In this document: positions 10,801 through 21,700 of the stretch, in pieces
Numbering within the stretch: the first letter of the stretch is position 1
Layout: every line of letters starts with the position of its first letter
Source of the DNA: Ostreococcus lucimarinus
Taxonomy: Eukaryota
NCBI GenBank assembly: GCA_000092065.1
Contig: CP000586.1
Length of the DNA: 64,000 nucleotides
Strand: one strand, 5' to 3'
Translations under genes and position numbers: made by a program
The notes under the pieces: generated by a model
Databases searched by the model: none
Told to the model about the DNA's origin: nothing
Seen by the model: only the letters and a program-made list of their open reading frames with translations

Positions 10801-13800
10801 CTATTCATTTTGCGTTTGCCGCTCCTGCGCGTCTTCGTTCTCGTCGACATCGAAATTAGTAGTCGGCTCAACGCTCGCGCCAATGAAGAAGAAGATGTTC
10901 TTAACCATGGCTTCGCGAATGGATTCAACCAATGACACAAACGCTCGCGCGCCGTCGATGCGAAACTCATCTTTCGGGTCCAAGTGACCGAAGCTTCGCA
11001 CTTGTACGCTACTGCGCAACACCTCCATCTGCACCAAATGCCGCTGCCATAGTTCATCTATGGCGCGAAGAGCCCAAAGTCGCTCGACGCTTTCGAGTTC
11101 GGCGCGATCGTAGTCTTTTGCAGCCAGACGCGCGAATCGATCCAAGTACAGTTGCACGGCGGATTCAGTCAGGTATGAGCGTAAACGCCGAGCCTTCGCC
11201 GCGTGCCAGCCCTTGCTCCAACGACGAATGTACTCCTGCGAGTCGCGGACATCGGACGGTGGAGCTAAACGGTTGCGTAAACGTTCATTTATGGCGGCGT
11301 CCGAAGCTTCTGGTTCGGTGTCTTCCATGAGTGGGCCGACGACGCCCTCCGGCATGACGATTTCAACGCCCGCGATGGCCGCGAGGACGATAGCGGGGGC
11401 CACTTTCAAGGGTGGCATCTCGTGCGGAATGGGTAAATCACCTCCGCTCAATATAGCGTCGCGAATTGAATTCTCCCCGACCGCATTCACGCCCGGAAGG
11501 TAATGCGGCCTGTCGCCCGTGGGTAATCCGCGCGTCAAGGCGATGAAATCTGTTCGACCGATAAACACGCAACGCAGCTCACTCAAGAGCTGTTCGTAAT
11601 TCCACTTTTTCGGGTGAACATTGCCCGAAACACCCGCACGTTCGCACGCGTCGTCGACGACTCTGGCCATATACTTGAACAAGCGCTCACGCAGCGCCGA
11701 CTGGCTGCTCAGCAGAATTTGTCGCCGCAACTTGTACACCGCCTCGCGCTGACCATCGAGCACGCGATCGGATTCGAACGTGGACTGTCGGTGCGATGAC
11801 AGGTAGTCTTCGATTTGCTTTTGAACCATGCGAAGCTGACCGTCGACGATATCCGAGACGATGGGCGAGTACTCATCGACGCCGGCGAACATCCACAACT
11901 TATCGTTTCCCCAACCAGGCATGTACGTTTGTAACAACTCGTCTTCGGCCGACACACAGAAAACCGTACTTCCCGGATCACCCTGACGTGCGGCGCGACC
12001 GCGGAGTTGGTTATCAACGCGTCGACTGTCGTGAATGGAGGTACCGATGACTTGCAATCCGCCGACTTCTCGAACTTCTTCTCGTTCGTCGGAGCACTGC
12101 TTTTGGCAATCTCGCAAGACGTGGTACGCGGCAACGTTGACGAAATGCATCAACACTCGATCCTTATCCCATGCACCCGGCTTCTCCCCTCGACGTAGCA
12201 GTTCCTCTGCCTTGACCAACGCTTCTACCAACAATTCTTCAGCTTGTTCTTCGCTTAGCGATCCCGCCGAGGCAGTGGATTGCGTCGCCACATGCTCCGC
12301 CTGATTGAGCGTGATTTGGGCCTCTTGGGACAGATCAACGTACATGAGCAGAGCTGCGTCACCGATATCCCCTAGATCAAAAGCGGGCCAAAGTTTCTCC
12401 TTCAACGCACGCTTCGCCAAGCCCACAGGGCTACCACCGAGTAGAATGTCGGTACCGCGCCCAGCCATATTTGTGGCGATTGTCACCGCGTACTTTCTCC
12501 CAGCCTGTGCGATGATCTCGGCTTCTCTCGCCGCATACTGCGGACGCGCGTTTAGCAGCTCGTGTGGTACGCCAGCAATTTTGCGCCCATCGTTCGTCAC
12601 CCATCGATGCCGCGAGAGCAAGTCACTCAAAATTTCGGAATTTTCCACCGACGTCGTACCCACGAGTACGGGTCTGCCTTCGGCATGACACCTCTCAATC
12701 AAATCCACGACGGCGTACCATCTCGGTATGCTGTTTAAGAAGAGCGATGTCTGGCTATCTATTCGTAAATTGGGCTTGTTCGTCGGCACGCGCGCCACGC
12801 CGAGATTGTACGTGGTGAAGAACTCTTCCGATTCCGTCGACGCCGTGCCCGTCATGCCGCTCAGTTTCTTGTATAGCTTGAATAGACATTGGTAAGAAAT
12901 GGATGCGATGATTGAATTCTCGCCATTAATTTCTACGCCTTCCTTCGCTTCGACGGCTTGATGCAAGTTATCATTCCATCGCCGATTCATCTGCACTCGC
13001 CCGGTGGACGGATCGACGATGATGACTTTGCCGTCTCGCACAATGTAATCGATGTCCTTGATAAAGAGCGCCCTTGCCTTGACGGCGAGCAGAATGTACT
13101 TGCCCCAAGGGTTTTTTGCATCCCACAGATCGTTCACACCGAGGATCTGCTCCGCGTGCAACATGCCTTCGTCGGTGAGTTCGGCTGTTTTCTCCTTCAA
13201 GACGACTTTGAAGTCGCGCCCGGGGATTAAGCTTTCCGCAACTTTAGCCGCGGTCACGTACTGATCGTCGTCGTTCACGTCGCCCGTGCCAGTGATCAAT
13301 AGCGGATTGCGTCCTTCATCGATTAAGACGCTGTCGACCTCGTCCACGATGGCGAAATTGAACGGACGCGTCAACACGACCAATTCTTCCGCGTCGTTTG
13401 CCATGTTGTCGCGCAAGTAATCGAACCCAATCTCCGTGTTTGTCACATACGTGATGTCACACGCGTACGCCCGCTGCCGCTCCTCTGAAGTCATGTCAGA
13501 TTGAATCACGCCCACCGTGAGTCCTAAGAAACGATATATCCTTCCCATCTCCGTCGCGTCGCGCGCTGCCAAGTAATCGTTCACCGTCACCACGTGCACG
13601 CCCTTGCCATCCAACGCATTCAAATACGCGGGTAAAGTCGCCACCAAAGTCTTTCCCTCCCCTGTACTCATCTCCGCCACCCATCCCTCGTGCAAAAGCG
13701 CCCCCCCGATCAATTGCACGTCGAAATGTGTCAACCCGAGCTCGCGCGTCGACGCCTCTCGCACCACCGCGAACGCCTCCACTAAAATATCGTCCAACGT

Positions 13801-14214
13801 CTCCCCAGCTCGCAGCCGCGCGCGAAACGCGTCCGTCTTCCCGCGCAGTTCATCATTTGTGAGACTCCGCACGTCACGATCCAGCGCTCTAACCGCATCG
13901 ACGACGCGCGTCTGCAGTTCTGCGATTTGCCTAGCGTCGCCGTCTCGCCAGGCGCGGTCGCGTGCGACCGACATCATCGCCGTCGTCGTCGACGTCGACG
14001 CGTGCTCGAGCTCGTCATCGTCGAAGGACGCCGACGCCGACGCACCGATCGATCGCGCGTCGCCGTTCGTCGTCGCTCGCGCGCGCACGGCGGCGATTCG
14101 TCGTCGACTTTGAACCATCTTGCGGTGCGTCGTCGGTCGCCCGTGGTTCGCGCGCGCGCGCGGCACGCGCGACGGTGCGAGCGGCGCGTGCGAGCGCACC
14201 ATACCACGCGCCAT
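10801..14214 (-). CDS. secA: Preprotein translocase ATPase SecA, nuclear-encoded plastid type, with an N-terminal presequence.
   Basis: The core LHEGWVAEMSTGEGKTLVATLPAYLNALDGKGVHVVTVNDYLAARDATEMGRIYRFLGLTVGVIQSDM is textbook SecA DEAD-motor sequence. An N-terminal extension of ~100 aa is Arg/Ala/Ser-rich. The start is ATG. Confidence 0.9.
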   Translation of the reverse strand: MARGMVRSHAPLAPSRVPRARANHGRPTTHRKMVQSRRRIAAVRARATTNGDARSIGASASASFDDDELEHASTSTTTAMMSVARDRAWRDGDARQIAELQTRVVDAVRALDRDVRSLTNDELRGKTDAFRARLRAGETLDDILVEAFAVVREASTRELGLTHFDVQLIGGALLHEGWVAEMSTGEGKTLVATLPAYLNALDGKGVHVVTVNDYLAARDATEMGRIYRFLGLTVGVIQSDMTSEERQRAYACDITYVTNTEIGFDYLRDNMANDAEELVVLTRPFNFAIVDEVDSVLIDEGRNPLLITGTGDVNDDDQYVTAAKVAESLIPGRDFKVVLKEKTAELTDEGMLHAEQILGVNDLWDAKNPWGKYILLAVKARALFIKDIDYIVRDGKVIIVDPSTGRVQMNRRWNDNLHQAVEAKEGVEINGENSIIASISYQCLFKLYKKLSGMTGTASTESEEFFTTYNLGVARVPTNKPNLRIDSQTSLFLNSIPRWYAVVDLIERCHAEGRPVLVGTTSVENSEILSDLLSRHRWVTNDGRKIAGVPHELLNARPQYAAREAEIIAQAGRKYAVTIATNMAGRGTDILLGGSPVGLAKRALKEKLWPAFDLGDIGDAALLMYVDLSQEAQITLNQAEHVATQSTASAGSLSEEQAEELLVEALVKAEELLRRGEKPGAWDKDRVLMHFVNVAAYHVLRDCQKQCSDEREEVREVGGLQVIGTSIHDSRRVDNQLRGRAARQGDPGSTVFCVSAEDELLQTYMPGWGNDKLWMFAGVDEYSPIVSDIVDGQLRMVQKQIEDYLSSHRQSTFESDRVLDGQREAVYKLRRQILLSSQSALRERLFKYMARVVDDACERAGVSGNVHPKKWNYEQLLSELRCVFIGRTDFIALTRGLPTGDRPHYLPGVNAVGENSIRDAILSGGDLPIPHEMPPLKVAPAIVLAAIAGVEIVMPEGVVGPLMEDTEPEASDAAINERLRNRLAPPSDVRDSQEYIRRWSKGWHAAKARRLRSYLTESAVQLYLDRFARLAAKDYDRAELESVERLWALRAIDELWQRHLVQMEVLRSSVQVRSFGHLDPKDEFRIDGARAFVSLVESIREAMVKNIFFFIGASVEPTTNFDVDENEDAQERQTQNE

Positions 14215-14397
14215 TTTGCGCGCGCGACGCGGACGAGCGCGCGCGGCGAAGTGCGGAGCGTTGGTGAATGAGTTTTCTCAAAAGTTCCGGGGACGACGCG
14301 CGAAGACGCGCGGGCGCGAAAGAGCGCGCGACCGGCGAAGTTTCTGAGAGATTGCTACATCTTCAGGCTATGCTCGGGCTAAAAAGCTAGGAAATCC

Positions 14398-15309
14398 TCA
14401 CTGCTGCTCGTCGGGATCGCGCTCGACTGCGGCGCCGGCGAGCCAGCGCTCTAAGTCTTCGTCTCGGCGCGCGTTGCGATACGCGCTCCATCCGTCACCA
14501 GAATCGCTCGACGTCAACTTTTCCGCGCGCTTGCGATCGGCCAGCTCTCGCGCGCGCTCCTTTTTCATCTGCGATTTTGTGTTCAGTTGTTTTTTAATCG
14601 CCGCCGAGCGCCGCTTCGACTCTTCGTCGTCGTTTTCGCGAAGCGCTTCGAGTTGGCGTCTGAAAATTTTCTCCGTCTTTTCGATCACGGCGCGTTGCTT
14701 TTCGATCTTCACCAAGCCTTCGCGGCATCCTTTCGCTTCGCAAGGTAACGTTCCGACGCCTTGACACTTGGCGCACGTCGTCCGACCTTTCGGATACGCG
14801 ACCGCACCCCCCGGCGCGTCGACGTCGCCGACCCAGTCGAGCTCTTCCCGTTGCTTCCAACCCGCGCTCCACTCCATGCGATCCTTCAAAAACTTCACTG
14901 GAATGTCCACCGTGACCGAGGTATCGCATGTCGCGCGAAGCGTGAGCGTTTTCGCCTTGGGAGACGCACCCACGCACTCGAAGTGTCGCCATCCGCGCGT
15001 GCGCTTGTGGGCGGTCCAACGCGTCCCGACCGCGTTCTTCATGTCCACCACGTTCTTCAGGTGATAACCCCCCGGAGGAAGGAAACCTGATGCGTTACAA
15101 TCCTTGCAGTCGCACCTGCCGGTGTCGCGACACTTCCTGCACGCGCACGACGGCGCGTCGGCGCCGGCGTCGGCGTCCCGAGCCCCTCGAGTCGGCGTCG
15201 TCCCCAGGCGAGCCGGCGTCGAAGCGCGCCGAGCGAAGCGTCCCGACGTGCGTCCGGACGTGGACGCGCGCGGCGACGTCGCCGCGGCGACTCGCGCGGC
15301 GAACGCCAT
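14398..15309 (-). CDS. Hypothetical Cys-rich protein with DnaJ-type CxxCxGxG zinc-finger-like motifs, a predicted organellar presequence and a charged coiled-coil C-terminus.
   Basis: Cysteine clusters CACRKCRDTGRCDCKDCNASG and CAKCQGVGTLPCEAKGC are present. The N-terminus is Ala/Arg/Ser/Thr-rich. ATG start, single continuous ORF, coding-like GC3. Confidence 0.45.
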   Translation of the reverse strand: MAFAARVAAATSPRASTSGRTSGRFARRASTPARLGTTPTRGARDADAGADAPSCACRKCRDTGRCDCKDCNASGFLPPGGYHLKNVVDMKNAVGTRWTAHKRTRGWRHFECVGASPKAKTLTLRATCDTSVTVDIPVKFLKDRMEWSAGWKQREELDWVGDVDAPGGAVAYPKGRTTCAKCQGVGTLPCEAKGCREGLVKIEKQRAVIEKTEKIFRRQLEALRENDDEESKRRSAAIKKQLNTKSQMKKERARELADRKRAEKLTSSDSGDGWSAYRNARRDEDLERWLAGAAVERDPDEQQ

Positions 15310-15336
15310 GAAGCCTGGCGCGGCGCGGAGTGCGGG

Positions 15337-16674
15337 TCAATCGTCGCCTTCGTCGTCTTCGTCTCTCGCGCGTCGATTCCACCAAAACAGCACAAAGTTT
15401 GCGACGACGTATCTCGCGTCGATCGAAATGTTCGTCGTACACTTTGTGAAGAGCACGAAAAGCGCGGTCTGGTAGAGCGCTGCCGCCGTGCGATCGCTCG
15501 ATCGAAGTCGATGACAACACCGCTCGAAGACAACGCCCGCGGTGTTCGCTCCGAAGAAAACAAACCATGCCTTGGACTTCAAGCCGTGAAAGAGCAGAGA
15601 AAACGCCATGACGACGACAACGGAAATCACGCTCGATCCCAGTGGGCGGTAGAGTAAACGCACGAACGCCTCGTGCAGACTGCAGTGAAACTTTCTCCAA
15701 AACGTACCGAACGACGTTCCCGACTTTAGCCAATCGACGCTGACGTCGCGAATGACAACCTGACCGTCGATGACGGCCAGCGCGTGACTAAGATTGAAGA
15801 TCAACGTTGGCCCGGCCCACATCGCCGTCGTGTGCGTCCACGCGTGTGATATCTTTTCAAAGAGCGACGCGTTGGCGACGTCGGCGAAAGGATCGTAATA
15901 CGTCCGATGCGCAAACTCGAGTAACGCGTACCACGTCAAGGAGTCTACGGTCTCCAACGCCGCGTACAACCACCGCCGTCGATCGTGATCACACCGGTGT
16001 CGCTCGAACTCTCTGTAAAAGCAGAAAGGTCCCTTCGCTCTCAGAGGCGGGTACAGCACGTATCTCACGAATTTTCCGAGGTCTGGCGTCGCCGACTCCT
16101 CGACGCACTCTACGCCGAAACACATGACGCGCAGCAAATCGAAGCGACACGCGCGGTAACAGTTGAACGTCGTCGCGTTCATAATTCCGACGCGCGCGAC
16201 GTCCCCCGGTTCGCTTTCCAATTCATCCAAGACCAGATACGCCAAGACGCACGCGACCCAGACGTACGTGCGTTTCCGCCGCGCGCTAAACGGTGCCGCG
16301 CGCACCGCCACCGCGAACGCGTAAAACGCGCACACGAACGCCAGCACCCCGATCGTCCACCGCGCGCCGTGCGCCATCATCGCGACCGCGATCGCCATCG
16401 CCGTCGCCGCGCGTCGTCCGCGTCGTCCCGCGCCGACGTACGCCGCCGTCGACGCCACCTCCCACGCCAACGGCCCGCCCTCGACGTACTCGAACACGCG
16501 CGCGTGAAACGTCCACCGCCGTCCGATCCGATCGTCATCGCGCGCGCGCGCGCCGCCGCGCGTCGTCCGCGCCAACGTCGCCGCGCACGCCGCCGCCGCG
16601 CACCACCGCGCGTTCGCCGTCCACCCGAACCGATCGCGTCGTCGTCGTCGCCGCGGTCCGTCGTCGCGATCCAT
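15337..16674 (-). CDS. MBOAT-family membrane-bound O-acyltransferase.
   Basis: Multi-pass hydrophobic protein. MBOAT signatures: VLYPPLRAKGPFCFYREFE (the ...AGPI.RY.E.. region) and FWRKFHCSLHEAFVRLLYRPLGS (the WRRWHISL..W.RDY.Y.PLGG region with the invariant His). The 16698 start of the ORF track is GTG; the first ATG is at 16674. Confidence 0.65.
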   Translation of the reverse strand: MDRDDGPRRRRRRDRFGWTANARWCAAAACAATLARTTRGGARARDDDRIGRRWTFHARVFEYVEGGPLAWEVASTAAYVGAGRRGRRAATAMAIAVAMMAHGARWTIGVLAFVCAFYAFAVAVRAAPFSARRKRTYVWVACVLAYLVLDELESEPGDVARVGIMNATTFNCYRACRFDLLRVMCFGVECVEESATPDLGKFVRYVLYPPLRAKGPFCFYREFERHRCDHDRRRWLYAALETVDSLTWYALLEFAHRTYYDPFADVANASLFEKISHAWTHTTAMWAGPTLIFNLSHALAVIDGQVVIRDVSVDWLKSGTSFGTFWRKFHCSLHEAFVRLLYRPLGSSVISVVVVMAFSLLFHGLKSKAWFVFFGANTAGVVFERCCHRLRSSDRTAAALYQTALFVLFTKCTTNISIDARYVVANFVLFWWNRRARDEDDEGDD

Positions 16675-16869
16675 CGCGCGTCGTCGGGTCGCGGTCACCG
16701 TCGCGCGCCGTCGCGCGCGCTCGGCGTCGCGCGGTGACGCGTCGCGCGCGTCGAGCCGTCGCGTCGACGCCGAGCCGTCGCGTCAAACCCAAAAACGACG
16801 ATTCGCGTCCCAGGGCCGCGATCGCGCGCGATCGATCGGGGCGTCTTATCCGTCCCGCACATCGGCGCG

Positions 16870-16871
16870 AT

Positions 16872-16902
<31 letters not shown>

Positions 16903-18483
16903 ACGGCGACGCGGTGCGCGCGCGACGCGCGCGCGCGACGGGGAGGGACGACGACGGCGACGCGCGCGCGCGCGCGCGCGACGACGGCGGCGGCGACGCG
17001 CGACGTCGACGTCGTCGTCGTCGGCGCGGGCGTCAGCGGCCTGTCCACGGCGCACACGCTGAAGATGAAAAAGATGCGCGAGGCGACGGTGCTCGTCACG
17101 GAGGCGCGCGAACGCGTCGGAGGGAACGTCACGAGTCGATCGGATGGGACGTACACGTGGGAGGAGGGACCGAACTCGTATCAGCCGGGGGATGCGATCT
17201 TGACGCTGGCGTGCGACGCGGGGATGCGCGACGACATCTTGCTGGCGGATCCGGCGAGCAATCGGTACGTGCTGTGGGACGGGAAGCTGCGGATTTTACC
17301 GCACAGCATTGAGAGCGCGGTGTTGGGGGATTTTTTGACGTGGCCGGGGAAGATTCGGGCGGGATTGGGGGCGATCGGAATCAGGCCGCCGGCGCCGGGC
17401 AAGGAGGAGAGCGTGAAGGAGTTCGTGAGCAGAAACTTGGGGACGGAGGCGTTCGAACGTCTGATCGAACCGTTTTGCTCGGGCGTGTACGCGGGTGATC
17501 CCGCGGCGCTGTCGTCCGTGGCGGCGACGGGGCGCGTGCAACGACTCGAACCGCTCGGCGGGTCGCTCGTCGCCGGCGCCATCATGGCGCAAAAGGAGGC
17601 GGCGCAGAACAAGAAACCGCGCGATCCGCGCCTTCCCGAGGTCAAGGGCCAAACCGTCGGCTCGTTCCGCGGTGGTTTGAAGACGTTCCCGGAGGGTTTG
17701 GCCAAGCAGCTCGGCGACGACGTCGTCAAGTGCAACTGGAAGCTCGTCGGCGTCTCGAAATCCGCCGAGGGCGGGTACGAGTGCGCGTACGACACCCCAG
17801 AAGGGCCGCAAACGGTGAGAACGAAGTGTTTGTTGCTCACCGCGCCGGCTTACGTCGCGGCCGAGATGGTTAAGGACATGGCTCCCGCGGCGGCGACGGC
17901 GCTGAACAAGTTTTACTACCCACCCGTCGCGTCGGTGACGATTTCCTACAAGAAGGATTCGTTCCGCCTCGACGGCACCAGCGCGTTACCCGAAGGCGGC
18001 CTCACTGGCTTCGGTCAGCTCCACCCGCGCTCGCAAGGCATTCGCACGCTCGGCACGATTTATAGCTCGAGCCTGTTCAAGGACGACAAGCGTCAACCGG
18101 ACGACGAGTTCATGATTTTGAACTACATCGGCGGCGCGCGCGACGTCGCGATTAAAGACTTGAGCGAGGAGGAGCTCGTGAAGCAAGTCCACGAGGACGC
18201 CTTGAAGACAATCTTGAAGCCCGGTACGCCGCTTCCCAAGGTTGTCGGCGTCAAGGTTTGGGAAAAGGCCATCCCGCAATTCAACCTCGGCCACTTGGAC
18301 GTCCTCGCCGAAGCCGAGAACGCGTTAACCGCCGCCGACTGCGGCGAAAAAGACGGCTTGTTCCTCGGCGGCAACTACACCGCGGGCGTCGCGTTGGGTC
18401 GATGCGTCGAGTTCGGCATCGAGCAAGCGGACGAAGTCGTGGCGTACTTAAACGCCGCATCCAAGAAGGCCGTCGCGGTGTGA
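16870..18483 (+). CDS. PPOX: Protoporphyrinogen IX oxidase (PPOX/HemY) with a poly-Thr/Ala/Arg presequence.
   Basis: FAD-binding VVVVGAGVSGLSTAHTL...VLVTEARERVGGNVTS is present. PPOX-like conservation runs throughout. A TGTAA motif lies 10 nt past the stop. Confidence 0.85.
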
Positions 18484-18748
18484 TGCCGCCCTGTAATTAC
18501 AGTAACCGTTTAATATTCGCCTCGACGTTTCTCTCGCGGCTCGCCTCCGCCTCGGGCGCCACGCTCGCCGCGTCAGATCGGCAGAATCCCGCGCCTGGCG
18601 CGACCAAAACCTCGCGATAACCTCGCGAGCGTACCACATCGCGTGTACAACTGCACGCACGCGCTTCGCACGCGCGCTCACTCGCCCCGCGCGCGCACCG
18701 ACGCGGCGCTCTTCGAATCTCTCGCGCGGATTATAATCGCCATCGCCG

Positions 18749-21700
18749 ATGGGCGTCCCGAAGTTTTTCCGATGGCTCGCCGAGCGCTACCCGCTGCTCC
18801 AGCAAGAGATCGCGGGAAATCAGATCCCGGGGATCGATAACTTGTACCTGGACATGAATGGTGTCATTCACAACTGCTCGCACGGCGCAGGGACGGATGT
18901 GAATACGCGAATGACTGAAGACGAGATGATGTCCAAGGTTTTCGCGTATTTGGATCATCTGTTTCGAATGACGCGACCGAATAAGATGCTGTACATGGCG
19001 ATCGATGGCGTGGCACCGCGAGCGAAGATGAACCAACAGCGGAGTCGACGATTTCGAAGCGCGGCGGAGGCGGCGAAGGACCGCGAGGAAGCGCGTGCGA
19101 GAGGCGAACCGGAGCCGGAGGGCGAACCGTTTGATTCCAACTGTATCACGCCGGGGACGGAGTTCATGGCGCGGTTGACGGAACATTTGAAATTCTACGT
19201 GCGTAAGAAGCAAACGGAAGATCCACTTTGGGCAAAGGTGACGGTGATATTGTCTGGGCACGAAGTCAGAGGTGAGGGCGAGCATAAAATCATGGAGCAC
19301 ATTCGATGGGCGCGAACGCAGCCGGACTGGGAGCCGAATCAAACGCACTGTTTGTACGGCCTCGACGCCGATCTTATCATGCTTGCTCTCGTCACGCACG
19401 AACCTCACTTTTGTTTGCTTCGTGAGGTCGTGAAGTTTGGCGGCGGCGAGAAAGGGCAGCCGAGCCGGGAGATTTTGTCCAATCCCACCGACGACGGCTT
19501 CATCTTGTTGCACATCGGCTTGTTGCGCGAGTACTTGGATTTAGAATTCCGCGAAAAGAATCTTCCGTTCGGATACGAGCTCGAGCGCGTCATCGATGAC
19601 TTCATCTTACTGTGCATGCTCGTCGGGAACGATTTCTTGCCCGCTCTGCCGACGCTGAACATCGCCGAGGGCGCGCTGAACACGCTCTTCAAAGTGTACC
19701 ACGACACGTTGCCGATGCTTGGAGGTTATATCACTGGCGATGAAGGGGGGGGTACTTTTAACCCTGAACGTTTGGAGAAGATCATGAGCATCATGGCGAC
19801 GTTCGAGCGACAGGTGTTGGAAGAGCGCGCGATGGATGTCGAGAAGGAAGAGGAGAAGAAGTCTCGACGAAAAGGTCGCAACGGTGGTTCCGCGTCCGAT
19901 CTCACTCCCGAGGAGAAGTTCGACAAGGATTTGAGTGAGATGAGCGACACCGAAGGCGTGCCACAAGTTTCTGCCGACCCGACAATGATGAACGCTGCGA
20001 AGCGGGCGCTGATTCTCGAAGGTGGCGAGGAGGGCTTGCAAGCGTGGAAGGATACGTACTATCGCGAAAAGCTCGGTTTGAAGATTGGCGAAGCTGCACC
20101 GCTGGGTGAAATTAGACAAGCTTATTTCGATGGTTTGAACTGGGTCTTGCGTTACTACTATCGTGGTGTTGCGTCCTGGACTTGGTACTATCCCTACCAT
20201 TACGCGCCGATGGCGAGCGACTTGTGCGCCGGCATGGGCGGTCTCACGTCTGAGTTCGATTACGGCGAACCGTTCAAACCTTTCGAGCAGCTCATGGCTG
20301 TACAACCACCATCGAGCTCCAAGTTACTCCCCGAGCCATTCCGCCACTTCATGGAAGATCCGCAGTCGCCCTTGGCTGAGTTCTTCCCGGAAGACATCAA
20401 AGTTGACTTTGAAGGCAAGCGCAACGACTGGGAAGGCGTCGTGCTGTTGCCCTTTTTGGACGCCGATCGCTTGAAGGCTGCGGTCGCTTCCGTGGAACCG
20501 TCGCAGCTGACTGCTGGTCAAATCGCGCGAAATGTGCCCGGTAATCTTATATATTTCAACCACGCCCCCTCGGGCGCGGGAGACGTGCAGAGCACTTTGC
20601 CAAAGTCCTTTGCAGGCTTGTTTCCGGCGAAGAGTAAGATGACCATGCGCATGCCGCCGGGCGAGTTCCCGGATGAGATGAAGTGCTTCGGTGGCGAAGA
20701 TTCCGTGTTTCCAGGAACGACGCTTGGTTTAGACAGTCCAAGCGGCTTCCCGACGATCCGCACACTCCCCGTGTCGGGGTCTTTGAAAACCGCAGGCGTC
20801 AAAGTGTTTGGAAACGCGTCGAAGAAGGAATCGCTCATCATTCAAATCAACGGCGTAGACGTAAACTTGGTCGGAAACTTGGCGGGAGTCGGTGCGAAGG
20901 ACATTGCTCCAAGTCTCGTGAATAAACGTGTGCAAATTAAGTGGCCATATCTCCAAGAAGCTCTCGTCGTGGGCGTTTCCGACTCGAAGGAACGCATCGT
21001 TCCCGTTATCGGCAAGCCAAACGAGTTAGCAAGCAAGCCGAATAATGCCACGGAATGGAGCGCGGACATGGAAAAGGTTACCCGCGAGTATCTCGAGAAG
21101 TACGGTGTTAGTGCAGGGCGTTCGAACATTGCGCTACATTGCCGTGCGTGCGAAGGGCTCGTGAGACATCCGGACGGATCTTTGCAGAAGCGTTTCTCCA
21201 AGACAGAGATGACGGTGCCGATTCAGCTCGTCATCGCCAAGCACAACGCCCCTTCGACGCGTATGGACGAGCGTCCCGCGCTCGACGTCGGTGAGTCTAC
21301 TGGTGATTTCGTCGACGGTGATGTCGCGCTGTTCCTGGGTCGCTCAAACTTTGGAGCGCTGGCTGTCGTCACGGATGTTTCCCCCGCTGGTTTGGGCGTC
21401 TCGCTTCACCCCGTGCCTCTGGACACTGGCTTGTCGCGCCGCATTTTAAAAGGCGTTGGACAACGTTACATGGCCAGCGGTGAGATGGCACGTAAACTAG
21501 GAGTGAACCCGAAAGTTATCGGTTGCCTCACGGGCGCGGTCTGGGTGCAAGAGAGCGCCAAGGCGTCTCGCGGCGATCGCGTCGACGTCGGTCTGAACTT
21601 GAAGCACAATGGTAAAATGTTGTGCGTCGCGGGCTACTGTCGCCCGACACAAGGCGACAAGCCGGGTTGGGAATACAGTCAAGAGGCGTTGCGAGTGTTG